From: an uncultured Thermotogae bacterium
GTDB taxonomy: Bacteria; Bipolaricaulota; Bipolaricaulia; UBA7950; UBA9294
Direction of reading: 5' to 3'
NCBI GenBank assembly: GCA_964635895.1
Contig: CAZWQN010000001.1
Coordinates: forward strand, 1 to 53,081
Length of the DNA stretch: 53,081 nucleotides
The number at the start of each line of letters is the position of its first letter. Within the stretch, counting starts at the first letter, position 1. The position numbers and the translations under genes are program-made. The notes below the pieces were generated by a model, which saw only the letters and a program-made list of their open reading frames with translations, was not told the DNA's origin and ran no database searches. Positions 1-11,252 of this stretch are shown in pieces.

Positions 1-1
1 C

Positions 2-196
2 GGAGTGCGGCTGTCGCTTCAGGCAAGTGCTGAGGCCTACAGCCAGGACAAGCAACGGCTTGCGTTCTCGTACTGGGAGAGGTACGACAGCTCGACGGGC
101 TGGCAGGCCTTCGCGGAGACCCAGACGCTCACGGTCACGCTACAGCAGGGAGGCCAGATCCGCGCGGTGTACCACCGGTCCACCGCTCTGTACTAG
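2..196 (+). CDS. C-terminal fragment of a hypothetical protein whose start lies upstream of the window
   Basis: Frame is open from the window edge to TAG 194-196. A hairpin terminator follows at 222-257. No recognisable domain in the visible 64 residues. Confidence 0.45.
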   Translation, partial: GVRLSLQASAEAYSQDKQRLAFSYWERYDSSTGWQAFAETQTLTVTLQQGGQIRAVYHRSTALY

Positions 197-221
197 AAGC
201 AGCTGGAAGCGATCGCGAGGA

Positions 222-257
222 GGGCTCCGCGCAGGAGTGCCGGAGCCCTTCTCTCTT
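222..257 (+). terminator. Rho-independent terminator candidate
   Basis: Stem GGGCTCCG (222-229) / CGGAGCCC (241-248) followed by the T-rich run TTCTCTCTT. Confidence 0.55.
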
Positions 258-334
258 GACGCCGGGGGACCGCCTCGTTTACGCTACGTCGCACGAAGGG
301 AAGGGAGAGGAGCGGGTTTCGTGCCCTCCGCTCC

Positions 335-363
335 TTGTCATCTTCGTGCAATCCAGCTACGCT
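335..363 (+). promoter_or_regulatory. Sigma70-like promoter candidate for the tRNA cluster
   Basis: TTGTCA (335-340), 17-nt spacer, TACGCT (358-363). The first tRNA starts at 368. A second candidate, TTGACG (256-261)-18 nt-TACGCT (280-285), lies upstream. Confidence 0.4.
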
Positions 364-367
364 CGTC

Positions 368-449
368 GCGAAGGTGGCGGAATCGGCAGACGCGCTAGCC
401 TTAGGAGCTAGTGCCCACGGGCGTGCGGGTTCGAGTCCCGCCCTTCGCA
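368..449 (+). tRNA. tRNA-Leu (anticodon TAG)
   Basis: Acceptor GCGAAGG/CCTTCGC. Anticodon stem CTAGC/GCTAG with loop CTTAGGA. Long variable arm. T-arm GCGGG-TTCGAGT-CCCGC. CCA not encoded. Confidence 0.9.
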
Positions 450-492
450 GTTGATGGGATCAGGGCGCGAAGCTATAATCGCCGGGCTTCGC

Positions 493-567
493 GCGGGAAT
501 AGCTCAGTGGTAGAGCACTGCCTTGCCAAGGCAGGGGTCGCGGGTTCAAGTCCCGTTTCCCGCTCCA
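493..567 (+). tRNA. tRNA-Gly (anticodon GCC)
   Basis: Acceptor GCGGGAA/TTCCCGC. D-arm AGCTCAGTGGTAGAGC. Anticodon stem CTGCC/GGCAG with loop TTGCCAA. 3' CCA encoded. Confidence 0.92.
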
Positions 568-593
568 GAGGCAGCCGGGGAGTCAATGCGGAC

Positions 594-677
594 GCCGGGA
601 TGGCGGAACAGGCAGACGCAAGGGACTTAAAATCCCTTGAGGGATTCCTCGTGCGGGTTCGACTCCCGCTCCCGGCA
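594..677 (+). tRNA. tRNA-Leu (anticodon TAA)
   Basis: Acceptor GCCGGGA/TCCCGGC. Anticodon stem AGGGA/TCCCT with loop CTTAAAA. Long variable arm. T-arm GCGGG-TTCGACT-CCCGC. Confidence 0.9.
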
Positions 678-685
678 GAAGATAT

Positions 686-762
686 CGCGGGGTGGAGCAA
701 TCAGGAAGCTCGTCGGGCTCATAACCCGGAGGTTGTCGGTTCGAATCCGGCCCCCGCAACCA
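686..762 (+). tRNA. Initiator tRNA-fMet (anticodon CAT)
   Basis: 5' CGCGGGG and 3' CCCCGCA give a C1xA72 mismatch. Three consecutive G:C pairs close the anticodon stem (TCGGG-CTCATAA-CCCGA). 3' ACCA encoded. Confidence 0.9.
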
Positions 763-770
763 GCAGGCAG

Positions 771-845
771 GGCGGCGTAGCTCAACCGGTCTAGAGCGCT
801 CGGCTCATATCCGAGAGGTTCGGGGTTCGAGTCCCTGCGCCGCTA
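771..845 (+). tRNA. tRNA with CAT anticodon, either elongator tRNA-Met or lysidine-modified tRNA-Ile2
   Basis: Acceptor GGCGGCG/CGCCGCT. Anticodon stem CTCGG/CCGAG with loop CTCATAT. T-arm CGGGG-TTCGAGT-CCCTG. Met versus Ile2 cannot be decided by eye. Confidence 0.85.
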
Positions 846-866
846 TTGGCAGAACAGACAGCGTCT

Positions 867-940
867 GGGGGCGTAGCTCTAATCGGGAGAGCGCTGCGTT
901 CGCATCGCAGAGGTTGGCGGTTCGAATCCGCTCGCCTCCA
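867..940 (+). tRNA. tRNA-Ala (anticodon CGC)
   Basis: Acceptor GGGGGCG/CGCCTCC gives the G3:U70 alanine identity pair. Anticodon stem CTGCG/CGCAG with loop TTCGCAT. Confidence 0.9.
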
Positions 941-947
941 AGAGAGC

Positions 948-976
948 GACGGGAAGGGGGCATGCCCCTTCCCGTC
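948..976. terminator. Strong hairpin between convergent units, a bidirectional terminator candidate
   Basis: Perfect 13-bp stem GACGGGAAGGGGC / GCCCCTTCCCGTC with a 2-nt loop. It sits between the tRNA cluster (+) and CDS 1002-2249 (-). Confidence 0.6.
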
Positions 977-1001
977 ATCGCGTTCGCTCCGTTCGATTCG
1001 C

Positions 1002-2249
1002 CTACCAGGACACCCGCAACGAGACGGTCCACTCGCGGAAGCCGTTCGTGTCGACGCTGATCCCCGTCGACATCGACACGAACGAACCGAGCGCCAGCGT
1101 GACTCCCATCGTGCTTTCCGCCCACTCGAACAGGAGCCCGCCCGTCGCGCTGAAGCAGGTCTCGACGGCAAACGAGAATCCAGACCCAGGCGGCGGAACG
1201 TCGACCTCAAGGGCGACGATCTCCCAGTAGTCCTGCGGGTAGTAGAGGTGCCCCTCCTCCACGGCGTCCGTCAGGGACTCGACGATCCAGCCAAACTCGG
1301 GTCGCGTGATCACGTACTGCGTGGTGTCGAGGTTCGAGATGCTCGTGAACGTCCCCCCGCCGATCGTCGCCTGGAACTTGATCCCGAACACGTCGATCGC
1401 GTCGATCAGGCCGCCGGTCCCGATGAGCTTCGTGTACAGGAAGAGGCAACCGTAGTCCGTCGCCAGCGACGGCGTGAACACGTAGCTCGCGGTTTGGATC
1501 TCGTAGAGAAGGTCGAGTGTCATGATCAACGGGACCCCGAAGAGCGGACCGATGGCCAGCTCGATCTCTTCGCTCTCGAATCCGGTTGCCGTGAACGACG
1601 TCACGCTCTCCAGGTGAGCGCATCCGAACGCACTCGCCGTGAACGTGATCTGCTCGCCGGAGAACGCACAGAACGCCGGCGCGGCCGTCGGGTCGGTGAG
1701 GAACGTCTTGGTCAGCAATGTGGAGTCGGTCTGGGTCGCCGCCGCCGTGAACGTGATCTCGCTCAGGTCGGCGCCGAGGTACGTCAGGCTCTGGAAGGTT
1801 ACCAGGCCGTCCAGGAGTTCCCCGTAGACCTCGACCACCCACCCGTAGTTGGCCGACTCGGACTGCGTCGCCCCGACATACGCCCCATAGACACGGAACA
1901 GCATCGGATCGAATAGGAACGAGACGATCCCCTGTGCATAGAGGAACGACGACGACTGAGGATCGAACAGGATCTGGCCCTCGAAGCACACGGGACCCAG
2001 CCCCGCCATGAGGTCAAACTCCTGCCAGAGCCACCCGTCGAAGATGAAGTCCGAGATGCTCGAAAGCTCGACGAACTCAATCCGGAGTCCCACATCCAAC
2101 GTCGACTCGAACGAGCTGAATGCCTGCGGGCCCTGCGGAGAGAGGCCGATCTCGGTCTGCCAGCTGCCCGTGAACCACTCGCCTCCGTAGCCCGCCACGG
2201 CACCGCCGAGGATCAGGACCGCCCACAGGAACAAGACTCGGCTTTTCAC
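1002..2249 (-). CDS. Secreted hypothetical protein with beta-barrel-like features
   Basis: GTG start with GGGGGAG RBS. N-terminal signal peptide (KSRVLFLWAVLILGGAVAG). Alternating hydrophobic beta-strand pattern and C-terminal aromatic end ...VSLRVSW. No known domain recognised. Confidence 0.75.
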   Translation of the reverse strand: MKSRVLFLWAVLILGGAVAGYGGEWFTGSWQTEIGLSPQGPQAFSSFESTLDVGLRIEFVELSSISDFIFDGWLWQEFDLMAGLGPVCFEGQILFDPQSSSFLYAQGIVSFLFDPMLFRVYGAYVGATQSESANYGWVVEVYGELLDGLVTFQSLTYLGADLSEITFTAAATQTDSTLLTKTFLTDPTAAPAFCAFSGEQITFTASAFGCAHLESVTSFTATGFESEEIELAIGPLFGVPLIMTLDLLYEIQTASYVFTPSLATDYGCLFLYTKLIGTGGLIDAIDVFGIKFQATIGGGTFTSISNLDTTQYVITRPEFGWIVESLTDAVEEGHLYYPQDYWEIVALEVDVPPPGSGFSFAVETCFSATGGLLFEWAESTMGVTLALGSFVSMSTGISVDTNGFREWTVSLRVSW

Positions 2250-2452
2250 CGTCCACTCCCCCTCAGTTCTGCGTCGTGAGATGCGCGTTCATTGCGGGGC
2301 GATCGCCTCGTGACGCGTATCGCCATGCTGACCGTATCCGGCGCGTCAACGGCCACCTACGCTCCGCGACCGTCGGTGAGGGGAAACAGATCACCCGGGA
2401 AGCCAGCCAACGTCCTGTTCGACGGCGGCTCCCCAACGGTAGGTGAAACGGC

Positions 2453-2481
2453 TTGGCGGTCTCGGATGGGCACGGTAGACT
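2453..2481 (+). promoter_or_regulatory. Promoter candidate giving a leaderless trmY-like mRNA
   Basis: TTGGCG (2453-2458), 17-nt spacer, TAGACT (2476-2481). The ATG at 2488 is 7 nt downstream and no SD lies between. Confidence 0.35.
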
Positions 2482-2487
2482 CGCGGC

Positions 2488-3297
2488 ATGAGACGATTCG
2501 TGATTCTCGGCCACAAGGTTCCCGTCTCCGGGGACTTCACCCTGAACGACCTCCCCGGGAGTGCAGGACGCCTGGACGTGCTGTGCCGGGCGGTCGGAGC
2601 TTCGTTGTTCGTGTCGCACGGCATTCGCCGCGACACCGAGGTCGTGCTCCTGATCCAGAACTCCGTGGAGATCCGCATCGCCGGCGATCGTGTTCGTCGC
2701 CTGAACCCCGACGAGCGCTCCACGGCCGCTCTGCTCCAACAGGCGCTCCAGCAGGCAACGGACGAGGAACTCCAAGCATCTCCCGGCATCCTCGTGGCCC
2801 GGAGCTCGCTCGAGTCGACGCTCGACGGACTTGTCCGCCGGGGAGCTCGCCCGGTCGTCCTGCATGAAGATGGAGAACTGCTCGACCCCGGCGCGCTTCC
2901 GGCCGATCCGGCCTTCATTCTCTCGGATCACCTCGACTTCACGGACGAGGAGCTTCGCATCCTGGAGGAGCTGCCTCGGCTCTCTCTCGGACCCACGGCG
3001 CTGCACACCAGCCAGTGCATCACCATTACCCACTACCTCCTCGACCGCTGCACGGAAGACGCCGAGCTCGATCTCGTGCTCTGCCACAAGGTGTGGAGCG
3101 AGGCGAAGGCACAGCTCATCGCCGGCCTTCTCCTCGACTTCGACATCCCCGTGAACCTCGTCCGCCAGTCGCCCCCCACGCTGTACCCCGTGACAGTCGA
3201 CGGCCTCGGGGAGGTGCGGATCATGGTTCGCCCGCGGGACCTCGACCGAGCCCGCGTCGTGATTGGCGACTACTTCGAGGACCCGGTAGAGGAGTGA
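2488..3297 (+). CDS. trmY: TrmY-like SPOUT tRNA (pseudouridine54-N1)-methyltransferase fused to a C-terminal DUF2007-like domain
   Basis: N-terminal ~195 aa align by eye with archaeal TrmY (RFVILGHK..GDFTLNDLPGSAGRLDVLCR..SLFVSHGIRRD...FILSDHLDF..EE...LSLGP..LHTSQCITITH). The last ~70 aa resemble the small DUF2007 fold. Confidence 0.85.
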   Translation: MRRFVILGHKVPVSGDFTLNDLPGSAGRLDVLCRAVGASLFVSHGIRRDTEVVLLIQNSVEIRIAGDRVRRLNPDERSTAALLQQALQQATDEELQASPGILVARSSLESTLDGLVRRGARPVVLHEDGELLDPGALPADPAFILSDHLDFTDEELRILEELPRLSLGPTALHTSQCITITHYLLDRCTEDAELDLVLCHKVWSEAKAQLIAGLLLDFDIPVNLVRQSPPTLYPVTVDGLGEVRIMVRPRDLDRARVVIGDYFEDPVEE

Positions 3298-3309
3298 ACG
3301 AACCCGGCC

Positions 3310-3999
3310 ATGGATAAGCGGGCGGACGGCGAAGCATCCTTCCAAGCCGAGCGCGCTCGCATGGTCGAGCGGGACCTTCGCCGACGCGGGATTCGGGATC
3401 CGCACGTCCTGGAGGTGATGGGGCGCGTGCCGCGGCATCGCTTCGTGTCCCGGGCTCTTGCCCACGTTGCCTATGCGGACGCTCCGCTCCCCACGGCCGA
3501 AGGCCAGACGATTTCCCAGCCGTACATCGTGGCCCTGATGACGCAGGCCCTGGCGCTCACCCGCGGAGAGAAGGTGCTCGAAGTGGGGACCGGATCCGGG
3601 TATCAGACCGCCGTCCTCGCGGAGCTCGGCGCCGAGGTCTGGTCCGTCGAGTGCAGAACGGCGCTCCTCACGGCCGCCGCCTCGCGCCTCGCCGCCCTGG
3701 GCTACGACCGGATCCACCTTGTCGAGGCGGACGGGACCCTCGGTCTTCCGTCGGAGGCGCCGTTCGATCGGATTCTCGCCACGGGCAGCCTACCGCAGCT
3801 CCCGCCCAAGCTCGCGTCTCAGCTCCGCTCCGGCGGCGTGTTCGTCGGTCCCATCGGACCGCTCTTCGATCAACGCCTGGTCCGGATCGAGTATGATCCC
3901 CCGCGCGTGCGGGAAGAAACGCTGTGCGCGTGCCGTTTCGTCCCGCTCGTCGGCGCGGCGGGATGGCCGGCGACCGCCCATCCAGAGGAGGACCCGTGA
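3310..3999 (+). CDS. pcm: Protein-L-isoaspartate O-methyltransferase
   Basis: Motifs [15 protein letters not shown] and [18 protein letters not shown] (SAM binding), with typical length. Confidence 0.92.
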   Translation: MDKRADGEASFQAERARMVERDLRRRGIRDPHVLEVMGRVPRHRFVSRALAHVAYADAPLPTAEGQTISQPYIVALMTQALALTRGEKVLEVGTGSGYQTAVLAELGAEVWSVECRTALLTAAASRLAALGYDRIHLVEADGTLGLPSEAPFDRILATGSLPQLPPKLASQLRSGGVFVGPIGPLFDQRLVRIEYDPPRVREETLCACRFVPLVGAAGWPATAHPEEDP

Positions 4000-5072
4000 G
4001 GCTGATCGACCTGCGCAGCGATACCGTGACGCAGCCCACCGAAGGAATGCGTCGCGCCATGGCAGATGCCGTCGTTGGAGACGACGTCTACGGCGAGGAC
4101 CCGACCGTCCGGCGGCTCGAGGAACGGACGGCCGACCTCCTCGGAAAGGAAGCGGGCCTCTTCCTCGCCAGCGGGACGATGGCGAACCTCGTCGCACTCC
4201 TGACGCATGCCGGGCGGGGAGACGAGATCATCGTAGGGGATCTTGCCCACACGTTTCTCTACGAGGTGGGCGGAAGCGCCGCTCTGGGCGGCATCCACTC
4301 CTCGATCCTCCCCAATCGCGATGACGGGACGCTCGACCTCGCCGCCGTCGACGCCGCGGTGCGGAGCCGCGATGACGTGCACGTGCCGCGGACGAAGCTC
4401 CTCTGCCTGGAGAACACCCACAACCGCTGCGGAGGCATCGCGCTCTCCGTCGACTACCTCGGCGGGGCCGCCCGCCTGGCCCAGACTCGAGGGCTCGCCC
4501 TGCACATGGACGGCGCGCGGCTGTTCAACGCCGCTCGCGCTTTGCACGTCGAAGCCGCGGCCCTGTCCCGCGGCGCCGACTCCGTCGCGGTCTGTTTCTC
4601 TAAGGGGCTCGGCGCCCCGGTCGGCTCCACCCTCTGCGGCCCGCGGGACTTCATTCGCGAGGCGAGGCGCTGGCGCAAGACGGTCGGCGGCGGGATGCGC
4701 CAGGCGGGAATCCTTGCAGCCGCTGGGCTGTACGCCCTCGACCACCACGTCGAGCGACTGGACGAAGACCACGCCAACGCGCGAAGACTGGCGGAGGGAA
4801 TCGCCGCGACGCCAGGGCTTTCCTGCCCTCAGTCCCGCCCTGCGGCCACCGCGTGGACGAACCTCGTCTACCTCGCGGTGGATCCCGAGCTGGCCCGGAA
4901 GCGTGGGTTGGACGCCGAGACGCTCTCCGACCGGCTCCGCGAACGCGGCGTCCTTGCGCTCCCCCTCGGCAAGGATCGCCTGCACATGCGGCTCGTGACG
5001 CACCTCGATGTGACCTCCCAAGACATCGACGTCGCCCTCGAAGCCCTCCAGTCCGCGGTGCGCGGGACGTAG
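3996..5072 (+). CDS. ltaE: Low-specificity L-threonine aldolase (PLP-dependent)
   Basis: [30 protein letters not shown] and the lysine motif [12 protein letters not shown]. The GTG start at 3996 overlaps the pcm stop (GTGA). Confidence 0.88.
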   Translation: MRLIDLRSDTVTQPTEGMRRAMADAVVGDDVYGEDPTVRRLEERTADLLGKEAGLFLASGTMANLVALLTHAGRGDEIIVGDLAHTFLYEVGGSAALGGIHSSILPNRDDGTLDLAAVDAAVRSRDDVHVPRTKLLCLENTHNRCGGIALSVDYLGGAARLAQTRGLALHMDGARLFNAARALHVEAAALSRGADSVAVCFSKGLGAPVGSTLCGPRDFIREARRWRKTVGGGMRQAGILAAAGLYALDHHVERLDEDHANARRLAEGIAATPGLSCPQSRPAATAWTNLVYLAVDPELARKRGLDAETLSDRLRERGVLALPLGKDRLHMRLVTHLDVTSQDIDVALEALQSAVRGT

Positions 5073-5227
5073 GTCCGTCCCCTCCCTGAACGACGTCGTC
5101 CCCCTTCGGAGTGGTTGCCCTGTCCGCGCGACGTCGCCGGTCCTACCCTGGCCGTACCGGGTGGCGAGAGCGTCTCTGCCTTGCAGAGATGCTTGACCCC
5201 ACGCATCGCACAGCCGAAGGGGGAACG

Positions 5228-6037
5228 ATGAAGGGGCTAGCGTCGGTTCTTGGGGTGATCCTGCTCAGCGGGTGCGCCGCACTCGCCGGACCTCTTGAAG
5301 TATCCATCGGCGGGGGAGTGTCCGCCGTGTCCCTCGACGCGTATAACGGGATCCTCGAGTCCTGGAACGCGCTGATCGAGCACCTGAACGAGACCTTCTT
5401 GGTTCACCCCGACGTCTCCGGCACCGTCCGAACCCTCGACCTTCTATCGAACGGCATGGGCTTCCAGGTGGCGGAGTGGTACTGGCCTCTCGGCTGGCTG
5501 GCCCTCGGCGCCCGGTTCGAGTACGAGCAATCCAAGACCGCAACCCGTGGGACCTACGTGGGAGCCGGGACGTCGACGATCGACATCGCCCTGGAGTGGC
5601 AGACGATCGGTGTCCTCGCCGGGGCGCGCTTTCTCATCCTAGATGCCGGCGTTCGACTCTCCGGCGACCTCGCCCTCGGGTACTTCCACGGAGCGCTCGC
5701 CCACTCGGTCACGTTCGAGGTCCCGAGTGAGTACACGGACGCCCTCGCGGGCCTTCCGCCGGAAGGCGGCGGTCGCCACACCGGAGACACGGTTGGACTC
5801 GCGGCACAGCTCTCTGTGGACGTTCCCATCGCGGCGGGACTCGGCCTCGGGGCGGCCGTTGGGTATCGCTCGGCCGTGATCGGCGCCCTAACCGATGCGT
5901 CCGATGCGTCCGGCGACCCGCTGGATCTCGACGGGGACGAGACCTCCGAAGAGGCCAACCTGTCTGGTATTGGCGTGCGGCTCACCCTGTCCTTCGACAT
6001 TGACCTCTCCCTCGACGGAGAAGGGGAAAAGGAGTAG
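5228..6037 (+). CDS. Lipoprotein with beta-barrel-like strand pattern (hypothetical)
   Basis: ATG with GAAGGGGGA RBS. Lipobox LLSGC. Amphipathic beta-strand repeats (GLAAQLSVDVPI, GAAVGYRSAVI, GIGVRLTLSFDI). Acidic tail. Confidence 0.7.
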   Translation: MKGLASVLGVILLSGCAALAGPLEVSIGGGVSAVSLDAYNGILESWNALIEHLNETFLVHPDVSGTVRTLDLLSNGMGFQVAEWYWPLGWLALGARFEYEQSKTATRGTYVGAGTSTIDIALEWQTIGVLAGARFLILDAGVRLSGDLALGYFHGALAHSVTFEVPSEYTDALAGLPPEGGGRHTGDTVGLAAQLSVDVPIAAGLGLGAAVGYRSAVIGALTDASDASGDPLDLDGDETSEEANLSGIGVRLTLSFDIDLSLDGEGEKE

Positions 6038-6039
6038 CT

Positions 6040-6705
6040 ATGAAAGGGGCACGACTCTGTCTGTTGCTCGGCGCGACGGCCCTTGTGATTGGGTCCGTCG
6101 GCGGCTGTCTGGAGTTCGGCGTGACCCAGCCGCAGGCGCTGTTCACCGCCTCCCCCGCCGAGCACGTCATCCCGTTCACGGCGAGCTTCGACGGGACTCT
6201 GTCCCGCAAGGCTGGCTGTGACATCGTTTCGTACGTCTGGACGTTCGGTGACGGAGGCGGCGCCACCGGAGCCCTGGTCGACCACGCCTATACGGTGGAC
6301 GGCGTCTACAAGGTAACCCTGACGGTGATCGACGAGCGAGGGGCGTCCGACTCCACCTCGACGCACGTCGACGCCCAGAACCCGCTGCCGACCGCCACGT
6401 TCTCCTACTCGCCGAAGAGCAACATGGAAGGGACGTACATCATCGGCGCGAGCGAATGGGTCACGTTCGACGCCTCGGAGTCGGCCGACGACAGCGGGAT
6501 CACTCTGTACGAGTGGGACTTCGGCAACGGCGACACGGCCGTGGGCTCGATCGTCGAGTACCGCTACAGGATCGCCGGCATCTACAACGTCGTCCTCACG
6601 GTGACGGACGACGACGGAGATTCGTCGAGCTATGTGCAGCAAGTCACGGTCTTCGGCAACTCCCCGTGCGGCGCGGACGACACCGACGGAGGGACGTGCT
6701 CATGA
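6040..6705 (+). CDS. PKD domain-containing lipoprotein (2 PKD domains)
   Basis: Lipobox SVGGC. Two PKD signatures (FTASFDG...YVWTFGDG...HAYTVDGVYKVTLTVIDERG and VTFDAS...YEWDFGNGD...YRYRIAGIYNVVLTVTDDDG). Confidence 0.88.
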   Translation: MKGARLCLLLGATALVIGSVGGCLEFGVTQPQALFTASPAEHVIPFTASFDGTLSRKAGCDIVSYVWTFGDGGGATGALVDHAYTVDGVYKVTLTVIDERGASDSTSTHVDAQNPLPTATFSYSPKSNMEGTYIIGASEWVTFDASESADDSGITLYEWDFGNGDTAVGSIVEYRYRIAGIYNVVLTVTDDDGDSSSYVQQVTVFGNSPCGADDTDGGTCS

Positions 6706-7658
6706 TCCGACGACTCTGCGTGATCGCCCTCGTCCTCGCCCCGCTCTTCCTGTCCGGCTGCGTTCTGAACACGATCCTCGACGACGTGGTGAACTCCCTC
6801 CCTCGGTCGGTCATCGACGCCGCGCCCACCCAAGGCGCCGCGCCGCTCACCGTCACGCTCGACGCCCACTTCTCGCATGACGACGACGGATCCATCGTCG
6901 GGTACCGGTGGGACCTCGGCGACCCTGCCGCGGCCACCGGAGCCCAGCTTGGCTCGACGTGCACGCACACCTACCAGTACCCGGGGACGTACTTGGTCAA
7001 GCTGTCGGTCGTCGACAACGAGGGAGCGACGGACTCCCAGCAGATCGCGATCGTCGCGACGAACGCACCCCCCGTCGCGCAGGCGACGGCGAGCAACTCG
7101 GCCCCCTACCCGGGAGACCCCGTGACGTTCGACGCGTCCGACTCCTACGATGCGACGGGGACGATCGTGAGCTATGCGTGGACCTTCGGCGACGGCGGGA
7201 CCGGCGAGGGCGTGACGGCGGCCCACACGTACTCCAAGGAAGGAAGCTATACCGTGAGGCTGACTGTCACCGACAACGAGGCTGCATCGTCGGACACGAC
7301 GCTCGTGGTGGACGTCCGGGTGGGGTCGAGCAACTGCGGCGACGGTGATTGCGGCGACTCGTACACCCCGCTCGCCGTGATCACGGGCTTGCGCAACGGC
7401 TGCTCCAACTACCATACCGTCGGCAGTCCCGCCACGTTCGACGGCCTCTCCTCCCGATCGGAAGGCGGAAGCATCGTCCGCTATGAGTGGGACTTCGGCG
7501 ACGGCTCCACGGGCAGCGGCAGCACCGTGAGCCACACGTACGCCACCAGCGGCACGTTCGTCGTGAGGCTCACCATCACCGACGAGGCGGGAGCAGTGGG
7601 AACGGGTTCCGGCTACGAGAAGGTGCGCTTCCCATCAGATGGAGGCATCTGCCCGTAG
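6702..7658 (+). CDS. PKD domain-containing lipoprotein (3 PKD domains)
   Basis: ATG 6702 overlaps the upstream stop (ATGA). Lipobox FLSGC. Three PKD units with WDLGD/WTFGDG/WDFGDG cores. Cys-rich linker NCGDGDCGD. Confidence 0.88.
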   Translation: MIRRLCVIALVLAPLFLSGCVLNTILDDVVNSLPRSVIDAAPTQGAAPLTVTLDAHFSHDDDGSIVGYRWDLGDPAAATGAQLGSTCTHTYQYPGTYLVKLSVVDNEGATDSQQIAIVATNAPPVAQATASNSAPYPGDPVTFDASDSYDATGTIVSYAWTFGDGGTGEGVTAAHTYSKEGSYTVRLTVTDNEAASSDTTLVVDVRVGSSNCGDGDCGDSYTPLAVITGLRNGCSNYHTVGSPATFDGLSSRSEGGSIVRYEWDFGDGSTGSGSTVSHTYATSGTFVVRLTITDEAGAVGTGSGYEKVRFPSDGGICP

Positions 7659-7719
7659 GCCTCCTGCAGGGCACATGCGCGGCCCGCCCCTCTCCCGACC
7701 GGGGTGGGCTGCCGTCGTT

Positions 7720-8411
7720 CTACGGAGACGCCGCGGTCACCACGTCGACGTCGACGAGCGAGCCGTCGGCGTTGTAGTACTCCAGGACGAGGAAGAGGGA
7801 GGCGTCCGCATCGACGACGACCAGGCCCCAGAACTCCTCCTTGAGGCCCACGTCGGTCGCCGTGCTCACGTACCGCGCGACGCGCGGCTCGAGCTGGAAC
7901 GGCGTAGAGGCGGCGACCCCGCCCTCTGCGTCGTACAGCACCAAGGTTCCCGCGACGACTCGGTCGTGCGGGTTGACGAGCCCGATCCCCGTGGTGCGGT
8001 TCGGCGTGCTGGCGTAGTCCGCCACCTGCGCGACCGTCCCGACCGTGCGGACGACTTCGACGTTCTCCACCGCGACCCACGCCCCCGACGCGGAGATCCA
8101 CAGGGCGACCGCCAACTCGATCGGCGACTCGATCCGCAGCAGCCCCCACGTTCCCCGTTCGGCCAAGAGGTCATCGACGAACAGCACCGTCGAAGCGTGT
8201 GCCGCGAGGGACTGCGACGTCTCGACGATCACCGCACCGTCCGTGTCATAGACCAAGCAGGAGAAGACGCCGGGCTCACTCCCGACGTTGGAAACGACGA
8301 GCGCGGTGCTCGTCTGGGCCGTGGCGTCGTAGTACGCCGAGTAGGTGTCGGCAAGAGCCGCGGCGGGCGCCGCGAGCAGGAAGAAGAGAAGCCAGCACAG
8401 AACGTTTCGAT

Positions 8412-8415
<4 letters not shown>
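7720..8415 (-). CDS. Secreted hypothetical protein with an internally duplicated ~100-aa domain
   Basis: The GTG start overlaps the uvrA stop (GTGA). Signal peptide [14 protein letters not shown]. Two similar halves (..VVSNVG...CLVYDTDG.. and ..GLVNPH...LVLYDAEGG..). Confidence 0.7.

Positions 8416-11248
<2,833 letters not shown>

Positions 11249-11252
<4 letters not shown>

Noticed and set aside
2263-5021. Long minus-strand ORFs 2263-3717 and 3870-5021
   Set aside because: They are antisense to the trmY-like gene, pcm and ltaE, all of which have strong family motifs. Their composition is Arg/Gly/Pro-rich.
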